A stretch of 64,000 nt of DNA. Origin: a virus. Positions 60,701 through 64,000 of the stretch are shown piece after piece. Location of the stretch: IMG/VR virus record IMGVR_UViG_3300032294_002612, positions 102,537 to 166,536 of that record. One strand, written 5' to 3'. The stretch's first letter is position 1, and every line of letters starts with the position of its first letter. The notes under the pieces were generated by a model. That model had not been told where the DNA came from. It saw nothing but the letters and a program-made list of their open reading frames with translations, and ran no database searches. The translations under genes and the position numbers were made by a program.

Positions 60701-61222
60701 TTATAAAAATAACCAAACAAGTGTTGCAAATAATCCGGCGCCGCCAATTGGAACTAATAAATTATATGGTGGCGGAACAAATCCCATAAATTGTAATCCT
60801 AATAAAACACCGCCAGCAGCCGCAATAAGCGCAGCAATCAATTTGAGACGATGATAACGTTTAATCGCATTTGTATATTTTTCAAGCCATTTTTGCGCTT
60901 CAGCTTGTTGTACTACACCCCATTCTTTTAAAGTAGTAATATCTTTATTTAACTTTTCAATTTGTATAAATCCATTTTTAACATTAGTATTAGCTTCATT
61001 TAAATTTTGTTTCAACTTCGCGTTTTCATTTTTTGCAATTTTTAATTCGGATTGCAATTCTTTAACTATTTGTTTTGCGTCCTGTATTGGATTTTTAGAT
61101 TTTTCCACAACAACTGGGGTTGGCTTTGGAACTGAGGTGGGCCTTGGTTTTGGCTTCCAAAATTGTCCGAAACTTGTTCCAGACAAGATTAATAATATAA
61201 TAAATGGTAATAATTTTTTCAT
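60701..61222 (-). CDS. Signal peptide + coiled coil + C-terminal TM protein (spanin-like?)
   Basis: MKK-hydrophobic-SFG signal, Pro-rich linker, heptads, two C-terminal hydrophobic helices. Confidence 0.55.
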   Translation of the reverse strand: MKKLLPFIILLILSGTSFGQFWKPKPRPTSVPKPTPVVVEKSKNPIQDAKQIVKELQSELKIAKNENAKLKQNLNEANTNVKNGFIQIEKLNKDITTLKEWGVVQQAEAQKWLEKYTNAIKRYHRLKLIAALIAAAGGVLLGLQFMGFVPPPYNLLVPIGGAGLFATLVWLFL

Positions 61223-61491
61223 TTAATTGGTTCCTTTACATTCTTAGAATTTTCTTCTTGAATTTGTTCTAATAGTTTTTCTAAACGCTCAGCGAGTGTT
61301 AAAGCTTTATCTACTTTTTCTCCAACAATTGTATTTGAATCACCAGCCTCGTCTAACTCTGTCTTTGTTTTTTCTAATGAAGCTATTACCTCTCCGGTAT
61401 TAGCAATTGGTGGGGCACTTTTTTTATGGTCTGGATTCAAACATACACATCCAGTTAAAATAAGTGTTAAAACTAATAAAAAATATTTCAT
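61219..61491 (-). CDS. Lipoprotein (o-spanin-like)
   Basis: MKYFLLVLTLILTG-C lipobox, coiled coil; likely start at 61491. Confidence 0.65.
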   Translation of the reverse strand: MKYFLLVLTLILTGCVCLNPDHKKSAPPIANTGEVIASLEKTKTELDEAGDSNTIVGEKVDKALTLAERLEKLLEQIQEENSKNVKEPIK

Positions 61492-61500
61492 ATTATATAT

Positions 61501-61506
61501 GTACAC
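61501..61506 (-). promoter_or_regulatory. GTGTAC putative late promoter variant for the lysis cassette
   Basis: 9 nt upstream of ATG(61491). Confidence 0.4.
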
Positions 61507-61527
61507 TTAATTAATTTTATATAAATT

Positions 61528-63738
61528 TTAATTTATAAAAAGCTGGGATGGGAAAGATCGTGTTTTTATTGCCCCTTGGGAACTTGCGCAGCTATTAACA
61601 CAAAGTATTGCATAATACGTATGAATACCTTGCCCAATTCCACACTGAGCAAATGTTAATCCAGGAATAATTTGTCTTTCCCCCCCACCAGCTAAAATTG
61701 CTTTATAATAAGGTTTTCCAATATTAGCTAGACTACCACACCTAGTTGGATCAGCTAAATAAGAACCTAGTATTGCCGAGCCACATAAAGAAGTTGGATA
61801 AGTCATATAGCTGTTTACTGTATAATTACAATCAAAACCATTAGGTACAATATCACTACTATTAAAATTTGTATTCGGAACTCCTATACAAACCGTACCA
61901 CCACCAACGCCTACTAAAGTAGCATTACCACCACATTCGGGACATATAGCTGATGTAGATTGCACCAATGTTGATGAATTACGACTGGGACTACTAGTGA
62001 CATTAGCAGATCTAACACGTATGTAATAAGTAGTGTTAGCAGATAACCCTGTTACAGTTTCACTATTAGTACTGACAGCTTTATCATTATAGCCGGGAAC
62101 AAAATTTGTAAAACTAGAATTAGTAGCTATATCAAGACGATACTGGTTTGCGTTAGGTACGGGATTCCAATTTAATGTAAATCCAGAGGTTGTGACGCTA
62201 GAAGCCGTAGGCTGATTAGGCATTGCTGAAGCCGTAGTTCTTCCAATATATTGCGAGTTATTACTTATTCCATCTTCATTTGCTGCTCTAACTCTTACCC
62301 AGTATGTAGTAAAAGGTAATAAATTAGTAATGCTTTGGCTTGTGCCATTTACATTTAAATTATTATAACCAGGAACAAAATTTATAAAAGTATTTCCTGT
62401 AGCAACATCAAGTCTATAATTTATGGCGTTTACAACACTATTCCAATTTGCTGTAAAACTTACATCGTTAACGTTTACTGTGCTAGGTTGATTTGGTGGT
62501 ACTGGAATTGCGGTACTTCTTCTACTAATTGCTATGTCCATCCAATCTCTAAAACCATCTCTTTGGGACCAAGTATTTCCATAATCATTAGATCCATACA
62601 GTTCTGATATACCATTAGCAATTTGATATTTTCCATCGCCATTCATATCGATATTATACCATCTTTTCGGAGACTCTAGTATTGGACCTTTTGGATTCCA
62701 AGAAGATCCATAATTATCTGAAATCCATATTCTTCCATTACTTGCTCCATCAACAATACTTTGATATTTACCATCATTACTTACGGATATATCAATAAAA
62801 GCGGCATTTGGTGAAACTGTTAAAATATTAAAAGAAGTACCCGAATTATTAGAAATAACAACCCCTCCTTGGGTAAAAAAGGCAGATAAAGTTATGTATT
62901 TGCCATCCGCGCTCATACCAACACTAGTGTATGAACCAACTCCGATATTTGCTCCAGACCATGTTTCTCCATAATCTTTTGAAATATATAATCCGGAAAA
63001 TAAACCTTCAGATCCTGGACCTCCAACATATGTATTTGTAACTTGAAATTTACCATCCGAAGAAACGCAAAGATTTACTAAATTACCATTATTAGGTACA
63101 GAAAATTTTGGATTCCAAGTATTTCCATAATCATTAGATACATAAATATTATTAGGAAGAAGGTCTTCATATGTAAAATTATTTCTAGATATTATAGCTG
63201 TTTGATATCTGCCGTTACTACTCATTGCTACACGATACCATGCTCTTGGGGTGCTTATTTTTTGAATGAAATTTTGACCAGAATCATTAGATACAAATAT
63301 ACCACCACTACTAACAACGGCTGTTTGATATTGAGCATTGGAACTAAGAGCGACCCCTCGCCACTCTAATACTGCTCCAGTTGCTAACCACGATTGGCCA
63401 TAATTGTTTGATAAATAAATTTTACTTTCAGCCTGTTTACTTGCTGCTATTTGATATCTTCCGTCATTTAATGTATTTTCATCATCTAATTGTAATTCGC
63501 TCCATGTATAATTATAATTTGTATTAGAAACTATATTAGTATTTGAATTGGGCTCCCAGTTAGCGATTATATTACCATTAGTATAAGTAACCCTAAAACC
63601 ACTTAAAGTTTTACCAAAAGGATTATCAATAAATTGCCATAAATTTCCTTGAGGAGAAGGCCAGACTAAGGTTCCCCCCATATATAAACGATTAACAATT
63701 CCGCTCCCTAAATAAAAATTATCAGCCTCTTGTAACAT
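61528..63738 (-). CDS. Virion protein: BNR beta-propeller + two FN3 domains + Cys-containing C-terminus
   Basis: SNDYGNTW repeats; W..V.NA..YRLD.AT...Y.VRVR.AN twice; likely start MLQEAD at 63738. Confidence 0.8.
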   Translation of the reverse strand: MLQEADNFYLGSGIVNRLYMGGTLVWPSPQGNLWQFIDNPFGKTLSGFRVTYTNGNIIANWEPNSNTNIVSNTNYNYTWSELQLDDENTLNDGRYQIAASKQAESKIYLSNNYGQSWLATGAVLEWRGVALSSNAQYQTAVVSSGGIFVSNDSGQNFIQKISTPRAWYRVAMSSNGRYQTAIISRNNFTYEDLLPNNIYVSNDYGNTWNPKFSVPNNGNLVNLCVSSDGKFQVTNTYVGGPGSEGLFSGLYISKDYGETWSGANIGVGSYTSVGMSADGKYITLSAFFTQGGVVISNNSGTSFNILTVSPNAAFIDISVSNDGKYQSIVDGASNGRIWISDNYGSSWNPKGPILESPKRWYNIDMNGDGKYQIANGISELYGSNDYGNTWSQRDGFRDWMDIAISRRSTAIPVPPNQPSTVNVNDVSFTANWNSVVNAINYRLDVATGNTFINFVPGYNNLNVNGTSQSITNLLPFTTYWVRVRAANEDGISNNSQYIGRTTASAMPNQPTASSVTTSGFTLNWNPVPNANQYRLDIATNSSFTNFVPGYNDKAVSTNSETVTGLSANTTYYIRVRSANVTSSPSRNSSTLVQSTSAICPECGGNATLVGVGGGTVCIGVPNTNFNSSDIVPNGFDCNYTVNSYMTYPTSLCGSAILGSYLADPTRCGSLANIGKPYYKAILAGGGERQIIPGLTFAQCGIGQGIHTYYAILCVNSCASSQGAIKTRSFPSQLFIN

Positions 63739-63739
63739 A

Positions 63740-64000
63740 TTAACCAACAATTACATAAAAAGTTGCGGGATCTTTCGGGGAAAGTAAATTATATTCGTTT
63801 TGAGTTAATTTTATAATATTTAAAACTGTTTGATTAGTTGTAATTAACCCACTGGTATTCACTATAGGACGCGTATTAAAACTTTTCGTACCGCTAATCG
63901 TTTGATCTCCAGTGGTAAAAACAATGTTTTGCAAAGACGCGCCAGCAGCTTCTCCCTGTAATAAAACGCCAGTTCCATTTACGGACGGGCGAAGCGCAAA
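63740..64000 (-). CDS. Tail fibre-like protein, C-terminal part (5' end outside the window)
   Basis: Frame open to 64000: FALRPSVNGTGVLLQGE..VFTTGDQTISGTKSF..LTQNEYNLL..KDPATFYVI. Confidence 0.75.
   Translation of the reverse strand, partial: FALRPSVNGTGVLLQGEAAGASLQNIVFTTGDQTISGTKSFNTRPIVNTSGLITTNQTVLNIIKLTQNEYNLLSPKDPATFYVIVG

Noticed and set aside
1-64000. Stop-codon reassignment, tRNAs, introns/inteins, diversity-generating retroelement
   Set aside because: Genes tile densely in the standard code; intergenic gaps are too short or lack cloverleafs; RNR, DnaB and RecA are of normal length; no reverse transcriptase or adenine-mismatched repeat pair was seen by eye (a self-alignment was not run)

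Overview
This window is a 64-kb segment of a large, AT-rich tailed dsDNA bacteriophage genome. It looks siphovirus-like: it has a tail tube and a 1960-aa tape measure protein, and no sheath gene is visible. Positions 1-24 kb hold replication and nucleotide genes (HNH endonuclease, dCMP deaminase, primase, DnaB, dNMP kinase, RecA, class II RNR, candidate SSBs, Rad52-like annealing protein, phage sigma factor). These are interleaved with a large glycan-building set: about 8 glycosyltransferase-like genes (GT2, GT4, GT9, GT17), 4 SAM methyltransferases, a cupin and Gmd. Positions 24-64 kb (minus strand) hold the lysis module, protease/scaffold, decoration protein, major capsid, neck, tail and large receptor-binding or fibre genes. 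Main leads: (1) exterior virion proteins are saturated with [S/T]-G dipeptides next to a phage glycosylation toolkit, suggesting a virion O-glycosylation system; (2) a GT9 enzyme split over two genes; (3) the tape measure protein carries cassettes bounded by four G[YF]IPNFA motifs, one with a PD-(D/E)XK-like signature; (4) two promoter classes (sigma70-like and RTGTAA) sit mostly within about 5-18 nt of start codons, implying leaderless or short-leader mRNAs; (5) twin GA-mismatch DNA hairpins lie at the divergent junction. All product calls come from motif recognition by eye, not database searches.
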